From contig RSEE01000009.1 of assembly GCA_003971905.1 (NCBI GenBank), forward strand, positions 496,001 through 560,000: a DNA stretch of 64,000 nucleotides, read 5' to 3'. This DNA is from Moniliella sp. 'wahieum' (lineage: Eukaryota). The stretch's first letter is position 1; each line of letters opens with the position of its first letter. Shown here piece by piece: positions 63,292 to 64,000 of this stretch. Both the position numbers and the translations under genes were made by a program. The notes under the pieces were generated by a model. The model ran no database searches. It saw nothing but the letters and a program-made list of their open reading frames with translations, and was not told the origin of the DNA.

Positions 63292-64000
63292 TTAGGAAGC
63301 GCGTGTGGACACGAGGAACGTGGTTGACATACGAGCGAGGAACCATTTCCACTGAGACTTAGTAGCCAACTCCTTCCAATGCGCAAACAACTTGCCCGCC
63401 GTCTTGGTGCCGTAGTATCCTCGCGTCGTCAAAACCAGGGGGAAAAACGGTTCTTGAGTGCGTCCCTGGTACTTGGCGTTCTTGTCGCATTCTGCTTGTT
63501 CAAGCAGCCGAAGCAGTTCCTTCTCCCGGCGTTCCAAAGGCGACGCAGTGCTCTCATGCACCACCCGCCGGTACGCGCTCTGCGCCTCCTGCGATCCCGT
63601 GTCGCGCAGCGTGTGGTCTACCTCCATTCCGGTTCCTCCCAGTGCTCCGGGCCCCATCACGCGGTAATCGTGCGCTGTGCCTTCCGTCCGCGCCTCGTCC
63701 CATCCTCTTCCTCCACCATAGGTTCGTTGTGGACGTGGGTGTCGGGGATGGAGCGTAGGAGCTGGAGAATGGGCTCCCGCACTGCCTCATGCAACGCACC
63801 AAACTTGGCCTGGGTGCGGGTGCAGGACATGATGTGTTCCAGCGAGGACATGACGCCGCACTTACATGCTGCGCGTGGTGCGGCACAGCGTGCGGAGCTG
63901 GAGACCAACCTGACCTGCTGGTCAGAGAGCTTGAGGTACGGGACGGATGGAATGGCGGAGAGCCATTGTGGCTCAGCGGGTTGCTGTGCTCAACCACATG
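63292..64000 (-). mobile_element. C-terminal part of a CRE-clade-like non-LTR retrotransposon ORF (CCHC knuckle plus restriction-like endonuclease); runs off the window
   Basis: QWLSAIPSVPYLKLSDQQVRL, CKCG..LEHIMSC, HEAV, EP, spaced acidic residues, E.DKNAKY, FFPLVLTTRG: the motif order of the RLE domain of CRE/Cnl1/MoTeR-type elements. Confidence 0.8.

Overview
Eukaryotic fungal genomic DNA, most likely a basidiomycete (Ustilaginomycotina-like: GC-rich coding sequence, few short GT-AG introns). Recognisable genes: CCT4 (5'-partial), RPS1/eS1, a YAT-family amino-acid permease, alpha-tubulin, a Trk K+ transporter, an atypical bZIP, an intron-containing tRNA-Ile(AAT), a secreted thioredoxin/PDI-like protein, Zn-ADH, a CPSF6/7-like RRM protein, a LURP-one-like protein, SMI1/KNR4, HOM2, pyroglutamyl peptidase I, a Frm2/Hbn1 nitroreductase, an Ark1/Prk1 kinase and Rheb. 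Almost every gene has several single-base frameshifts, which I read as uncorrected long-read consensus errors, so many CDS boundaries are approximate. Two non-genic signals stand out. (1) The intergenic DNA follows a repeated 7-bp grammar: tandem heptamers of the form xy-T-N-A-y'x' (equivalently, A-NNNN-T palindromes separated by one base). At least 12 different cores are used, and the T-N-A register is kept even where the unit type switches. (2) A family of Helitron-like elements (A|TC ... hairpin-CTNG|T, no TSD, one nested in another) has a 5' end that, in two other copies, is joined to an antisense CRE-clade (restriction-like endonuclease) retrotransposon C-terminus.
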